Shown piece by piece: positions 10,017 to 20,283 of a stretch of DNA of 64,000 nucleotides. The position numbers and the translations under genes are program-made. The stretch comes from an uncultured Bacillota bacterium (GTDB lineage Bacteria > Bacillota_I > Bacilli_A > RF39 > UBA660), in assembly GCA_948466255.1 (NCBI GenBank), contig CAOJZV010000007.1, positions 563-64,562 of the forward strand. Direction: 5' to 3'. How positions within the stretch are numbered: position 1 is the first letter of the stretch; each line of letters starts with the position of its first letter. The notes below the pieces were generated by a model. The model worked only from the letters and a program-made list of their open reading frames with translations, was not told the DNA's origin and did not search any database.

Positions 10017-10780
10017 TGGAATATTTAATTTTTATACTAGTCTTTATTATTGGAACCGTTTTTGGTTCCTTTTATAATGTAGTAGGTTATAGATTACCAA
10101 AAGGAGAGTCGATAGTAATGCCTCCTAGTCATTGTCCAAACTGTAATACAAGATTAGGAGTTTTAGAACTATTCCCTGTAATATCTTATATAATACAAAA
10201 AGGGAAATGTAAACATTGCAAAGTAAAAATTTCACCATTTTATATTATATTTGAATTATTAACAGGTTTATTGTTTCTTCTATCGTATATTTCTTTTGGA
10301 GCATCATTAGAATTAATAATTGCTTTAACATTTATATCAATGCTAATAATAATAGTAGTTAGTGATTATAATTATATGATAATTTGTGATGAAGTTTTAA
10401 TTTTCTTTGGAATAATCTTATGTGCTGAAATCTTTATGATAAATGGCCCAGAAGCATTTATAAAAGCAATTACAAGCGGTGTATTAGCATTTCTAACAAT
10501 GTTCGCATTAAAAAAATTTGGTGATGTAATATTTAAAAAAGAATCAATGGGAGGCGGAGATATAAAACTAATGTTTATCTTTGGATTAGTTTTAGGATAT
10601 CCAATGGCCATTCTTTCAATATTTTTAGGTTCCATTATTGGCCTTCCAATATCGCTAATTATGCTTAAAAAAAATACTGAGCATATAATTCCATTTGGCC
10701 CCTTTTTAGCCGCAGGTGCAATTATAATTTTATTACTTCATATTGATATAAACACATTACTAAACTTATATAATATTTAA
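10017..10780 (+). CDS. Prepilin peptidase (A24 family; PilD/ComC)
   Basis: N-terminal zinc-ribbon region SHCPNCNTRL...CKHCK. Catalytic region GGGDIKLM. Polytopic. Start at the ATG after AAGGAG. Confidence 0.85.
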
Positions 10781-10805
10781 AGACTTTAATACTAAGTCTT
10801 TTTTT
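10780..10805 (+). terminator. Rho-independent terminator after the prepilin peptidase gene
   Basis: AAGACTT-TAATACT-AAGTCTT followed by TTTTT. Confidence 0.6.
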
Positions 10806-10833
10806 GATATAATTAATAAAAGGAAGTGAGAAA

Positions 10834-11316
10834 ATGAAATCATTAGATAAAAAAGGAATAACTGTAATGCGTATAAACGCTATCATAAGTGGACTAATAA
10901 TTTTAATTATTTCAATTATAATAACTACTATAGTATTTTCAAATACCAAAAACACATTTATACAAATGATAGATATAACTATTTTAATCATCATCATAGT
11001 AGGAGTACTACTAGATATTATAGTCTTTCCAAAAATCAGATATAATCGTTATAAATATTTAGTAACAGATGAAAGAGTAGAAGTCAAAAAAGGATTATTT
11101 TTAATTACAACTTCAATCATTCAAATCAAAAGAATCCAAAAAATTGAATTAAGTAATGGACCAATAGATAGAAAATTTGGTTTATCAAATGTTAATATCT
11201 ACACCGCTGCTGGAACCGTAGATATCAAATTTTTAAGTAATGATGAAGCTAGAGAAATAAGTGATAAAGTAAATGAATTATTAAAGAATAAATTGGAGAA
11301 AAAAAATGAAAACTAG
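10834..11316 (+). CDS. Membrane protein with bacterial PH domain (YdbS-like)
   Basis: Two N-terminal TM helices followed by a bPH_2-type segment: YLVTDERVEVKKGLF...IQKIELSNGPIDRKFGLSNVNIYTAAG. Confidence 0.7.
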   Translation: MKSLDKKGITVMRINAIISGLIILIISIIITTIVFSNTKNTFIQMIDITILIIIIVGVLLDIIVFPKIRYNRYKYLVTDERVEVKKGLFLITTSIIQIKRIQKIELSNGPIDRKFGLSNVNIYTAAGTVDIKFLSNDEAREISDKVNELLKNKLEKKNEN

Positions 11317-12703
11317 AATGCATCCTTCTATAATTTTAGAAAAATTAATTAGTAGTTTTGTATTCATTCTTTTAATAGCCTATTATATCATTTCCCAAAT
11401 GATAGGGGAGTTAAATACTGAAAACCTTCAAAATACCGCTTCAACATTACTTTCGTTTGGTATGGGAATATACATGATGGGAACAATAGTAATAATAATT
11501 TTATTATTAATTTTTACTGTAATTTTTTGGATTTCATGGAAAAATACCTACTTATCATTCAATAACGATAGTTTAATAATTGAAAGAGGCAAATTATTTA
11601 AAAAAATTACAACCATTCATTTAACAGACATTGCCACAATAAACATTAAAAGAAATATTTTAGAAAAGGTATTAGGAACATCAAATTTAAAAATAGATTT
11701 AAACACCAATGAAGAAACATATAATGGTAAACTCGTTTTCAAACAAGAAAAAGCTAAAGAAATAAAAAACGAGATCCTTTCCCGCATGGGTAGAGAAATA
11801 ATCAAAGAAGAAAAACAAATCGAAAGCATCATAAAATATTCAACCAAAGATGTAATTAAGCATATGTTTTTAGCAACCAATCTAGTTTCAATTTTAATAT
11901 TATTTATAATTACAGCCATAATAATAGGTATAACATTTTTAATGGATAAACCATCTAGTATAGCATTCGCAATTATTCCCACATTAATCATCCTTGTCCC
12001 TACAGTATGGGAATATATTAAATCCTTTTTAAGTTATTACAATTTTAAATGTACAAGAGAAAATGATAACATTAAATTATCTTATGGAGCCCTAACAACA
12101 TACAAATTTAATCTTCCTATCAAAAAGATAAATACTGTAATAATCCACCAAACTTTACAAGCTAAAATCTTAGGCTATTACCTAATTGAAGTAGTAAATG
12201 CCGGAATTAAAGCTGAAGAAGATGAAAAAACAATTATCAGTTTATATGTTAAAGAAAAAGAAAAAAATATCATAATAGATAATATTTTAACTGAATACAA
12301 AAATGACATAATAACAAAATATGGAAATAAAAATACTCTAAGACATTATTTAATAGCTAAAACCTTTTGGATTATTACAAGTATTATTGCCTGTCCATTT
12401 ACATACTACAGTTCATTATTGTTAATCCCGATAGTATTATTAATTGCTTATAGTCAATATAAAACTAGAAAAATAGGCAATAATGACAACATGATAGTAA
12501 TTTCTAATGGTATATTAAATAAAAAAACCACATATACGAAATATAGCAACATTGAAATGATTAAAAGTAAACAAAAATTATTTAGTAAAATATTTAATAC
12601 CAGAAGTCTTCAAATAAATGTAGTAGGGCCTATGGCCAATAGTACATTTATAAGCGGATTGTTTAATACAGAAACAATCCAAGAAATAGTAAATAAATAT
12701 TAA
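11306..12703 (+). CDS. Membrane protein with three bacterial PH domains (YdbT-like)
   Basis: Repeated pattern of a TM pair plus a PH-like module, for example LSFNNDSLIIERGKLFKK...NIKRNILEKVLGTSNLKID. Overlaps the upstream ydbS-like gene, as in the Bacillus ydbST pair. Confidence 0.65.
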   Translation: MKTRMHPSIILEKLISSFVFILLIAYYIISQMIGELNTENLQNTASTLLSFGMGIYMMGTIVIIILLLIFTVIFWISWKNTYLSFNNDSLIIERGKLFKKITTIHLTDIATINIKRNILEKVLGTSNLKIDLNTNEETYNGKLVFKQEKAKEIKNEILSRMGREIIKEEKQIESIIKYSTKDVIKHMFLATNLVSILILFIITAIIIGITFLMDKPSSIAFAIIPTLIILVPTVWEYIKSFLSYYNFKCTRENDNIKLSYGALTTYKFNLPIKKINTVIIHQTLQAKILGYYLIEVVNAGIKAEEDEKTIISLYVKEKEKNIIIDNILTEYKNDIITKYGNKNTLRHYLIAKTFWIITSIIACPFTYYSSLLLIPIVLLIAYSQYKTRKIGNNDNMIVISNGILNKKTTYTKYSNIEMIKSKQKLFSKIFNTRSLQINVVGPMANSTFISGLFNTETIQEIVNKY

Positions 12704-12718
12704 AAAGGAGAATGTTTT

Positions 12719-13120
12719 ATGGATATAATAGATATATTTCAAACCTTAGGTTTAAAAGAAGATGAAATAAAAAATATAACTGATCAATTTTTCAAAACAA
12801 AACTTGATTTAGCAAATTCATTATCAGAAGAACATCAGTATCTATTAAATAAAAAAATACATCAAGAAGAAGTACAAAATTATTTGAGTAATTTTGATGA
12901 TGTAGAACTTACAGAAGAAGAACTTATGTATCAAACTATTGATATTGTATATGCTAAAATAATGTTCCTTGCATCTATAGGAATGGAAATAAACAAACAA
13001 AACCAAAAATTTATAACACTAAATGAAAAAGATTTTTATAAAATCTTTGGAATTACAACTGAAGAACTTTTAAAACTATATCCATATAATGAATATGAAA
13101 AAAATATAAAACTAAAATAG
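12719..13120 (+). CDS. Hypothetical protein, 133 aa, acidic and soluble
   Basis: Clean ORF with RBS AAAGGAG. No motif recognised. Confidence 0.5.
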   Translation: MDIIDIFQTLGLKEDEIKNITDQFFKTKLDLANSLSEEHQYLLNKKIHQEEVQNYLSNFDDVELTEEELMYQTIDIVYAKIMFLASIGMEINKQNQKFITLNEKDFYKIFGITTEELLKLYPYNEYEKNIKLK

Positions 13121-13128
13121 GTGATGAT

Positions 13129-13752
13129 ATGAAAACAAATTATCAAATAGTTATGGAAAATATAATTAATAATTTGCAAAACAAACCAAAACTTCTACTT
13201 CATGCTTGTTGCGGAGTTTGCAGTAGTGCCGTATTAGAAAGAATATATCCATATTTTGACATAACAATACTTTACTACAATCCAAATATTTATCCTGAAG
13301 AAGAATATTTAAAAAGGTTAGAAACCCAAAAAGAAATAATAACTAAAATGAAATTAAACATAGATATCTTAGAAGTAAATTATGAAAAAGAAAAGTTTGA
13401 AGAAATTTCCAAAGGATTAGAAGAAGAAAAAGAAGGCGGAGAAAGATGCAGTAAATGCTATCTTCTAAGACTTGAAAAAACTGCCAAATTGGCTAAAAAA
13501 CATGGATTTGAATACTTTTGTACTACATTATCAGTAAGTCCTTATAAAAACGCCGAAAAGCTAAACAAAATAGGTAAAATACTAGAAGAAAAATATAATG
13601 TAAAATATTTATATTCCGATTTCAAGAAAAAAGACGGTTACAAAAGAAGTACTGAACTTGCAAAAAAATATAATCTATATAGACAAGATTATTGCGGATG
13701 TGAATATTCATTGAACGAAAGGAAAGAGGCACAAACCCAATTAAACTCTTGA
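13129..13752 (+). CDS. queH: Epoxyqueuosine reductase QueH (DUF208)
   Basis: LLLHACCGVCS, YYNPNIYPEEEY, CSKCY..R and C-terminal YRQDYCGCEYS are the QueH signature cysteine clusters. Confidence 0.85.
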   Translation: MKTNYQIVMENIINNLQNKPKLLLHACCGVCSSAVLERIYPYFDITILYYNPNIYPEEEYLKRLETQKEIITKMKLNIDILEVNYEKEKFEEISKGLEEEKEGGERCSKCYLLRLEKTAKLAKKHGFEYFCTTLSVSPYKNAEKLNKIGKILEEKYNVKYLYSDFKKKDGYKRSTELAKKYNLYRQDYCGCEYSLNERKEAQTQLNS

Positions 13753-13803
13753 TTTTATCGATAAATATGTTATAATAATCCAAAGAAAAGGAGTGATTAC
13801 ACA

Positions 13804-14310
13804 ATGATAGAAGAAAAACAGCCAAAAGTAATTTCACTTAATGAAATTTACAAAATAAACAAAGGAGACTACGGTTATATTGATGAAGATGCAAATTTTT
13901 ACCCAATTTGTAAAGAAGAAGAATATAACCTTTCAAATAACAATATTGTAAATAAAAAATGGAATGCTAACGAAATTGTCGAAGCAATTTTTTTAAGTAC
14001 TAATCCAAGCCAAGACGATATTGAACATCTAAAAAAGCTCGAGGAAACAAAGCCTCATATAATAAATGGCTTTACTTATAGAAGTAATGCAATTCATCTA
14101 CTGTTAAGAGAAAAAGGATATCAATTATTTTTAAAAGGTTATAGTGATCAATGGATTATGGAAGATTTTAGCGATTATAATATTGATGAATCAAATAAAG
14201 AGCAGTTATTAATACTAAACCACTTACTTACTTTAAATACCACACCTTATAATAAAGAAGAACAAAAAGAATTAATTAGAACTTTATCAAGAAAAATCTT
14301 TAGTAAATAA
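13804..14310 (+). CDS. Hypothetical protein, 168 aa
   Basis: Clean ORF with RBS AAAGGAG. No motif recognised. Confidence 0.5.
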   Translation: MIEEKQPKVISLNEIYKINKGDYGYIDEDANFYPICKEEEYNLSNNNIVNKKWNANEIVEAIFLSTNPSQDDIEHLKKLEETKPHIINGFTYRSNAIHLLLREKGYQLFLKGYSDQWIMEDFSDYNIDESNKEQLLILNHLLTLNTTPYNKEEQKELIRTLSRKIFSK

Positions 14311-14344
14311 TTATTTTTAGCAACATAATAAGGAAGTAATTAAA

Positions 14345-15178
14345 ATGGACAATAAATTAAAAATAATATCAATAATATTAGGAACATTTTTAATAATCAT
14401 CTTTGTTATGCTTAGTTTAAACAAAAATGTTGAAATTGTTGAAGTTGGAGAAATACCTAAATCTTTCGTAAACCCCAATACCGATTTACCAATTAAAGAG
14501 CCTAAAAAACCAGAACAAACAAAAAATACAATACCATCAATAGTATCAGATAAAACAATATACTTAACCTTTGATGATGGACCTAGTTATTTAACAAATC
14601 AAATTTTAGATATATTAAAAAGTGAAAATGTTGTAGCTACTTTCTTCGTAATTGGCCGTTCAATAGACAACTATACTGATACTGTCAAACGTGCTTATGA
14701 TGAAGGACATCAAATTGCATTGCATTCATTTTCCCATGATTATAAATATATTTATAGTGCTGACGAAAATTATTTTGATGATTTAAATAAAATAAAAACT
14801 AAAGTTTATAATATAATCGGCAATAATTCAAGAATCATAAGATTACCGGGCGGATCATCAAATACAGTTAGTAAAAAATATAATGAAGGCATTGTAACTA
14901 GAATTACCAATAAATTAAACGAAAATGACTATTACTATTTTGACTGGAATGTAGATTCAGGCGATGCTTCAGGAAAACTTACTAAAGATCAAATTTATCA
15001 CAACACCGTTTCAACATTACACCAAGGACAAAATATAATCCTAATGCATGATACCGGGGCTAAAAAAACAACAGTAGAAGCTTTACCAAATATTATCAAA
15101 TACGCAAAAGAAAATGGCTATACATTTGCCAAAATAAATAAAAATACAAGAACAACACACCATCACATTAACAATTAA
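14345..15178 (+). CDS. Membrane-anchored polysaccharide deacetylase (NodB homology domain)
   Basis: N-terminal TM helix. NodB motifs TFDDGPS, HSFSH, RLPGGS and LMHD. Confidence 0.85.
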   Translation: MDNKLKIISIILGTFLIIIFVMLSLNKNVEIVEVGEIPKSFVNPNTDLPIKEPKKPEQTKNTIPSIVSDKTIYLTFDDGPSYLTNQILDILKSENVVATFFVIGRSIDNYTDTVKRAYDEGHQIALHSFSHDYKYIYSADENYFDDLNKIKTKVYNIIGNNSRIIRLPGGSSNTVSKKYNEGIVTRITNKLNENDYYYFDWNVDSGDASGKLTKDQIYHNTVSTLHQGQNIILMHDTGAKKTTVEALPNIIKYAKENGYTFAKINKNTRTTHHHINN

Positions 15179-15208
15179 CAAGAATACTCTTGTTTTTGTG
15201 TACATAAT

Positions 15209-15237
15209 TTGACACTTTTGTAAAAATTTAGTATAAT
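15209..15237 (+). promoter_or_regulatory. Consensus sigma-A promoter TTGACA-N17-TATAAT
   Basis: Exact hexamers with a 17-nt spacer. It lies after a terminator hairpin (AACAAGA-ATAC-TCTTGTT, about 15177-15200) and upstream of the CDS at 15269. Confidence 0.6.
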
Positions 15238-15268
15238 TAAAAACGTCGTGTGAAAGTAGGGGGATAGT

Positions 15269-15628
15269 ATGAATACAAGAGATTTAATCACAGAATTAGA
15301 AAATCAAAAAGAACTACTAGGAAAGGGTTTCTTTAACCAAGAATTACTTGAAAAATACTTAGATGCTTCATATTTAAAAAAATCTGAAAGTACCGAAATA
15401 GAAAATCAAATAGAACTTTATGGTTTAGATTCAATAGAATCATTACAAACAAATTTAAATAGAATATATCCATACACTACTGCAAAACCAAGATTCAATA
15501 GAATAAAAGCTAGTTTTAATGTATTATATAATATTACTAAAACACCAACTAAAAAAGTAAGTGTTAATATCAATAATACCATCTCAAGACAAAAACAAAA
15601 AACTTTTAAACAAGATAAAGCCGCATAA
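15269..15628 (+). CDS. Hypothetical protein, 119 aa
   Basis: ORF with RBS GGGGGA and its own consensus promoter. No motif recognised. Confidence 0.5.
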   Translation: MNTRDLITELENQKELLGKGFFNQELLEKYLDASYLKKSESTEIENQIELYGLDSIESLQTNLNRIYPYTTAKPRFNRIKASFNVLYNITKTPTKKVSVNINNTISRQKQKTFKQDKAA

Positions 15629-15719
15629 GGCTTTTTTTCTATAAATAATTGTGAAAGATATAAATAAATGATATAATTAATAAAGAAAAAATATATAATT
15701 AAAGTATGGAGGATGATTT

Positions 15720-16520
15720 ATGTTACTAATATATTTAATTTTAGGGTTTATACAAGGGCTTACAGAACCAATACCTATATCATCTAGTGGTCACCTAGTA
15801 ATATTTAAAAACCTTTTTGATTTAGATGCACTACAAGATTTAAACTTTGAAATATTTGTAAATTTTGGTAGTTTAATTGCCATAATAATAGTTTTTAGAA
15901 AAGATATAGCCAAATTATTTTGGGATTTTATAAATTATATAAAAACTAAAGATAAAAAATATAAAAGTGGCTTTAGATATGTTTTATTAGTAGCTTTGGC
16001 TACTATCCCAGCTGGATTATGTGGGCTTATTTTTAACGATTTAATTGAACAATATTTAAGTAATGTTAAATATGTTGGAGTTGCCTTACTAGTAACTGCT
16101 TTATTCTTGTTTTTAATCAGAAAATTAAAAGGGAAAAAAGATGATGATCAAATTACAATAAAAGATGCAATAGAAATTGGACTATTTCAAGTAGTAGCCT
16201 TACTTCCAGGTATAAGCCGTAGTGGTGCAACATTAGTTGGTGGAATGTTTTCAGGCTTAAAAAGAGAAACTGCATTTAAATTTTCATTTATGCTATATAT
16301 ACCAATTAGCTTCGCCACAATGATATTAGGTGTGAAAGATGTAGCTGAAGGTGGCATAAATACAAATCTTTTAATATCATATATTTTAGGAGCTATAGTA
16401 GCTTGCATAGTAACATTTTTCTCAACCAAGTGGTTTAAGGGAATAATGCTTAAAGGAAAACTTATATACTTTGTATACTACTGTTTAATTGTTGGAACAC
16501 TAGTAATTCTATTCCTATAA
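15720..16520 (+). CDS. uppP: Undecaprenyl-diphosphate phosphatase
   Basis: BacA/UppP motifs GLTEPIPISSSGHL and PGISRSGATL. Eight TM helices. Confidence 0.92.
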   Translation: MLLIYLILGFIQGLTEPIPISSSGHLVIFKNLFDLDALQDLNFEIFVNFGSLIAIIIVFRKDIAKLFWDFINYIKTKDKKYKSGFRYVLLVALATIPAGLCGLIFNDLIEQYLSNVKYVGVALLVTALFLFLIRKLKGKKDDDQITIKDAIEIGLFQVVALLPGISRSGATLVGGMFSGLKRETAFKFSFMLYIPISFATMILGVKDVAEGGINTNLLISYILGAIVACIVTFFSTKWFKGIMLKGKLIYFVYYCLIVGTLVILFL

Positions 16521-16546
16521 AAAAATGACTTATAAAAGTCATTTTT
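16521..16546. terminator. Bidirectional terminator between convergent genes
   Basis: Perfect 11-bp stem AAAAATGACTT-ATAA-AAGTCATTTTT, with A and T runs on either side. Confidence 0.65.
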
Positions 16547-17054
16547 AATTTCTTCTAAATCTATTTTTCGCTTTTTTAATAATTCTATCTAATTCACATT
16601 GAGGTTCTTCTTCTTTTTTAAGTTCTACTTTTCTCTTAAATTCTTCTACAATTCCTAATTTATTTTCGCTTGCTTTAAATTGAAATTCTCCATAAGGAAC
16701 ACAAAAATATAAATCGCCAGGTTTATATGATGAACGTTCGGCTACACATTCCACCGCAGTATAGCCATATACATTCTCAAGATCACCAAAAATATTTTTT
16801 ACAACTTGAAGATTAATTGTAGTATCCCTTAAAACAAATGGCTTAAAAGATGTCAACGATTCTTTATTTATCACAAAACCACTAATAAGGTCAAAATATT
16901 CATCTTCATTATAAGAATAAACGATACCTCTTCTTTTACCTTCAACAGTTACACTATTTTCCCCGCGACTATCATGATAATTAAAAGTATAATAATATGC
17001 ATATTCTGCAATTCCTAACTCGTTAGTATTATAATCTTCTATTTTATTTCCCAT
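16545..17054 (-). CDS. Hypothetical protein, 169 aa
   Basis: ORF with RBS AGGTGGGGA. No motif recognised. Confidence 0.5.
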   Translation of the reverse strand: MGNKIEDYNTNELGIAEYAYYYTFNYHDSRGENSVTVEGKRRGIVYSYNEDEYFDLISGFVINKESLTSFKPFVLRDTTINLQVVKNIFGDLENVYGYTAVECVAERSSYKPGDLYFCVPYGEFQFKASENKLGIVEEFKRKVELKKEEEPQCELDRIIKKAKNRFRRN

Positions 17055-17161
17055 AATTTCCCCACCTAAACTATAATTTTATTTATTAAACAATAAAACG
17101 CCTATATTCTATCACATTTTTAATAAATATACAAATTTTAATAAAATATGCTATAATTGTA

Positions 17162-18094
17162 ATGGTGATTTGTATGATCTATTTATTATATGGGACAAAA
17201 GAATATTTAATTCAAAACGAAATTAAAAAAATTGCAAAAGATTTTGATAATATAAATATTAGCAAATTTGATTTAAATAATGATCTGATTGGAAATATAA
17301 TAAATGATTGTATGACAATTTCACTTTTTAGTGAAAAAAAATTAGTAATCTGCGAGAATGCTAATATGTTTACCGGTAGTACTAGCAAAGATTCAGAAAT
17401 TATTGAAGAATATGTAAATAACCCAAACCCAGATACAACATTAATATTTACCGTTAATGCCGAAAAAATAGACGAAAGAAAAAAAATAACTAAACTAATA
17501 AAGAAAAACGGTATAGTGAAAGCATTTAACGAAAATGAAAACGCTTATCAAATAGTAAAAAACGAATTAAAAGAATATCGAATTGATAATAGTCTAATAA
17601 ACCTACTAACAGATAGAGTAGGAGATAATAGACAAATTCTTAAAAACGAACTAGAAAAATTAAAATTATATAAAGATAATAATACAATAACCAAAGAAGA
17701 TATTTTAAATGTAACTACAAAAAAGATAGATCCAAATACATTTACATTATTAGATTGCATAGTACAAAATGACAAAAACAAAGCAATAGAAATATATTAT
17801 GAATTAATAAAAATAAATGAAGAACCAATAAAAATAATTACCATGTTAGCTAACCAATTTAGAATTATGTATCAATCAAAAGAACTACTAAAAAAAGGCC
17901 TTTCGGAAAAAGATATTGCTGCTACACTAAAAATTCATCCTTATAGAGTGAAATTAGCCATTCAAAACGGAAGAAAATATAATTCTGATTTATTATTAAA
18001 ATATATTTCGGATTTAGCTGATATGGACATTAACATAAAAACAGGACAAACAGATAAAAATTTAGCATTAGAACTTTTTATATTAAAAAAGTAG
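17162..18094 (+). CDS. holA: DNA polymerase III delta subunit
   Basis: Size and N-terminal pattern IYLLYGTKEYLI... are typical of HolA. The C-terminal helical domain includes HPYRVKLA. The true start may be the ATG at 17174. Confidence 0.7.
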   Translation: MVICMIYLLYGTKEYLIQNEIKKIAKDFDNINISKFDLNNDLIGNIINDCMTISLFSEKKLVICENANMFTGSTSKDSEIIEEYVNNPNPDTTLIFTVNAEKIDERKKITKLIKKNGIVKAFNENENAYQIVKNELKEYRIDNSLINLLTDRVGDNRQILKNELEKLKLYKDNNTITKEDILNVTTKKIDPNTFTLLDCIVQNDKNKAIEIYYELIKINEEPIKIITMLANQFRIMYQSKELLKKGLSEKDIAATLKIHPYRVKLAIQNGRKYNSDLLLKYISDLADMDINIKTGQTDKNLALELFILKK

Positions 18095-18102
18095 GGGAAA
18101 CC

Positions 18103-19314
18103 CTACTTATTTTTTATCTTATCATAAATTTGTTTAATAGATATTTCATACTTACTAGTAGTTTTCGGAATATAATATTCACGCCCTACAAGTTCATCAG
18201 GCAAATATTGTTGTTTAACATAACTACCTTTGTAACTATGAGGATATTTATAATCCTTAGAATTAGTCTTTAAATGATTAGGAACTTTACCAACATTTCC
18301 TTTATAAACATCATTTAAAGCAGCAGCAATAGCATCATGGGCACTATTAGATTTAGGAGATAAAGTCATTTCAATAACAATTTCTCCTAAAGGAATTCTA
18401 GCTTCAGGAAGCCCAAGTCTTTCACAAGCTGCGATACAAGCATTTAATCTAGGACCAATTGAAGGATTTGCAAGACCAATATCTTCATATGCAATTACAC
18501 TTAATCTTCTAAAAATAATATCTAAATCTTCAGCCACAATAAGTCTAGCTAAATAATGTAATGCCGCATTAACATCACTTCCGCGTATAGATTTCTGAAA
18601 CGCACTTATAACGTCATAATAACCATCATCATTTTTATCTATATATAAATTTGGTTTATTATTTATCCTTTTAACAACATCTAAATCAACCTTAAAATCA
18701 TTAGTAGAATAATATGAAACTTCAAGCAAATTATAAGCAAATCTCATATCACCACCAGCTAAAGAAGCAATATAAGATAAAGCTTCATCCGTAACTTCAA
18801 TACCTTCTAAAGAATCCAAACTTTTATTAAGTCCTTCTTTAATATCATCTTCACTTAAAGGCTTCAGTTCAAATAATTGACATCTACTTCTAATTGCCGG
18901 ATTAATAGAATGATATGGATTAGCAGTAGTCATACCAATTAAGGTAATAATTCCATTTTCTAAATAAGGTAGTAGTAAATCTTGTTTATCTTTATTTAAT
19001 CGATGTATTTCATCCATTATTAAAATAAAATTATCATTTTCCTTAGCTTTATAAACCATTTCTTCAAAATCCTTCTTATTATTAATAACTGCATTTAAAA
19101 ATCCATAAGGAAGATCAAGTTCATTAATAATCGCATAAGCTAAGGTTGTTTTTCCAGTCCCTGGAGGACCATATAAAATCATTGAAAATACTTTTTTATT
19201 ATTAATTAAATTACTTAAAACCTTATTTTCACCAATCAAATGTTTCTGTCCGAGGACATCAGAAAGTTTTTCAGGTCTTACACTATGCGCTAAAGGTTTC
19301 ATTTGCATCACCAC
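18103..19314 (-). CDS. rarA: Replication-associated recombination protein A (AAA+ ATPase RarA/MgsA)
   Basis: Walker A GPPGTGKTT, Walker B IMDEIHR. MgsA C-terminal region YDVISAFQKSIRGSD..AALHYLARL..GED and PNHLK. Confidence 0.92.
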   Translation of the reverse strand: MVMQMKPLAHSVRPEKLSDVLGQKHLIGENKVLSNLINNKKVFSMILYGPPGTGKTTLAYAIINELDLPYGFLNAVINNKKDFEEMVYKAKENDNFILIMDEIHRLNKDKQDLLLPYLENGIITLIGMTTANPYHSINPAIRSRCQLFELKPLSEDDIKEGLNKSLDSLEGIEVTDEALSYIASLAGGDMRFAYNLLEVSYYSTNDFKVDLDVVKRINNKPNLYIDKNDDGYYDVISAFQKSIRGSDVNAALHYLARLIVAEDLDIIFRRLSVIAYEDIGLANPSIGPRLNACIAACERLGLPEARIPLGEIVIEMTLSPKSNSAHDAIAAALNDVYKGNVGKVPNHLKTNSKDYKYPHSYKGSYVKQQYLPDELVGREYYIPKTTSKYEISIKQIYDKIKNK

Positions 19315-19391
19315 TTATATTATACACCATTTCACTTGATTTTTATTGTTTTTATATCTTATTTTTGTTAAAATTATGGTAGGTGAAAGAT

Positions 19392-20276
19392 ATGAACTAT
19401 CAAGAAAAAATAAATGCTTTTAAAAATTATTTATTATTAGAAAAAAAATATAGCGAAAACACTATATCCTCTTATGAAAGAGATTTGATAAAATTTAAAA
19501 AATTTTTTGAAAACAAAAAAGAACTAAAAAATATATCTAATAAAGATATCAAAGAATATATTAGGTTTTTAAGTAAAAATGAAAACCCAAATAGTGTTGC
19601 TAGAAATATAAGTTGTTTAAAAAGCTTTTATAAATTTCTATTAATCGATAAATACTTAATAAAAAACCCTTTAGATAATATAACTTCACCAAAATTAAAA
19701 AAAGTTTTACCAAAAGTATTAACCGAAACTGAAGTAGATAAACTATTAAATATAAAATTAACTGACAATTATAGTTATCGTAATAAAGCAATGATAGAAG
19801 TTATGTATAGTAGCGGTCTTCGTGTAACAGAACTCATCAACTTAAAAATAACTGATATTGATTTAAATATGGCCCTAATTAGAATCTTTGGTAAAGGATC
19901 AAAAGAAAGAGTTATTCCCTTAGGAGAATATGCTTTAAATGCTTTAAACGAATATATTACATATCATAGGGGAGGAATGATTAAAAATAAATCTACTAAT
20001 TATCTATTTTTAAGTAGTAGAGGAGATAAAATGACTAGACAGGCCTTCTTTAAAATTTTAAAAAAATTAGCCAAGGAGCAAGGTATCAAAACAGAATTTT
20101 CTCCTCATACATTAAGACATTCGTTTGCTACACATCTCCTAAAGCATGGAGCTGATTTAAGAAGTATTCAGGAGTTATTAGGACATAGTGATGTTTCATC
20201 AACTCAAATATATACACATATAACAAATGAAAAATTAAAAGAAAATTATAAAGATTTTCATCCTCATGGAAAGTAG
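19392..20276 (+). CDS. xerD: Chromosome-dimer-resolution tyrosine recombinase XerD (XerC not excluded)
   Basis: SAM-like N-terminal domain. Catalytic residues lie in RNKAMIEVMYSSGLRVTE, HTLRHSFATHLL and LLGHSDVSSTQIYTH. ATG at 19392 preferred over the GTG at 19383. Confidence 0.85.
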   Translation: MNYQEKINAFKNYLLLEKKYSENTISSYERDLIKFKKFFENKKELKNISNKDIKEYIRFLSKNENPNSVARNISCLKSFYKFLLIDKYLIKNPLDNITSPKLKKVLPKVLTETEVDKLLNIKLTDNYSYRNKAMIEVMYSSGLRVTELINLKITDIDLNMALIRIFGKGSKERVIPLGEYALNALNEYITYHRGGMIKNKSTNYLFLSSRGDKMTRQAFFKILKKLAKEQGIKTEFSPHTLRHSFATHLLKHGADLRSIQELLGHSDVSSTQIYTHITNEKLKENYKDFHPHGK

Positions 20277-20283
20277 GTAAAAT

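Noticed and set aside
19392-20276. Tyrosine recombinase as the integrase of a genomic island or prophage next to the glycan region.
   Set aside because: Its sequence and length fit chromosomal XerD/XerC. The neighbours are housekeeping genes (rarA, guaD). No attachment-site repeats, excisionase or phage genes are present.
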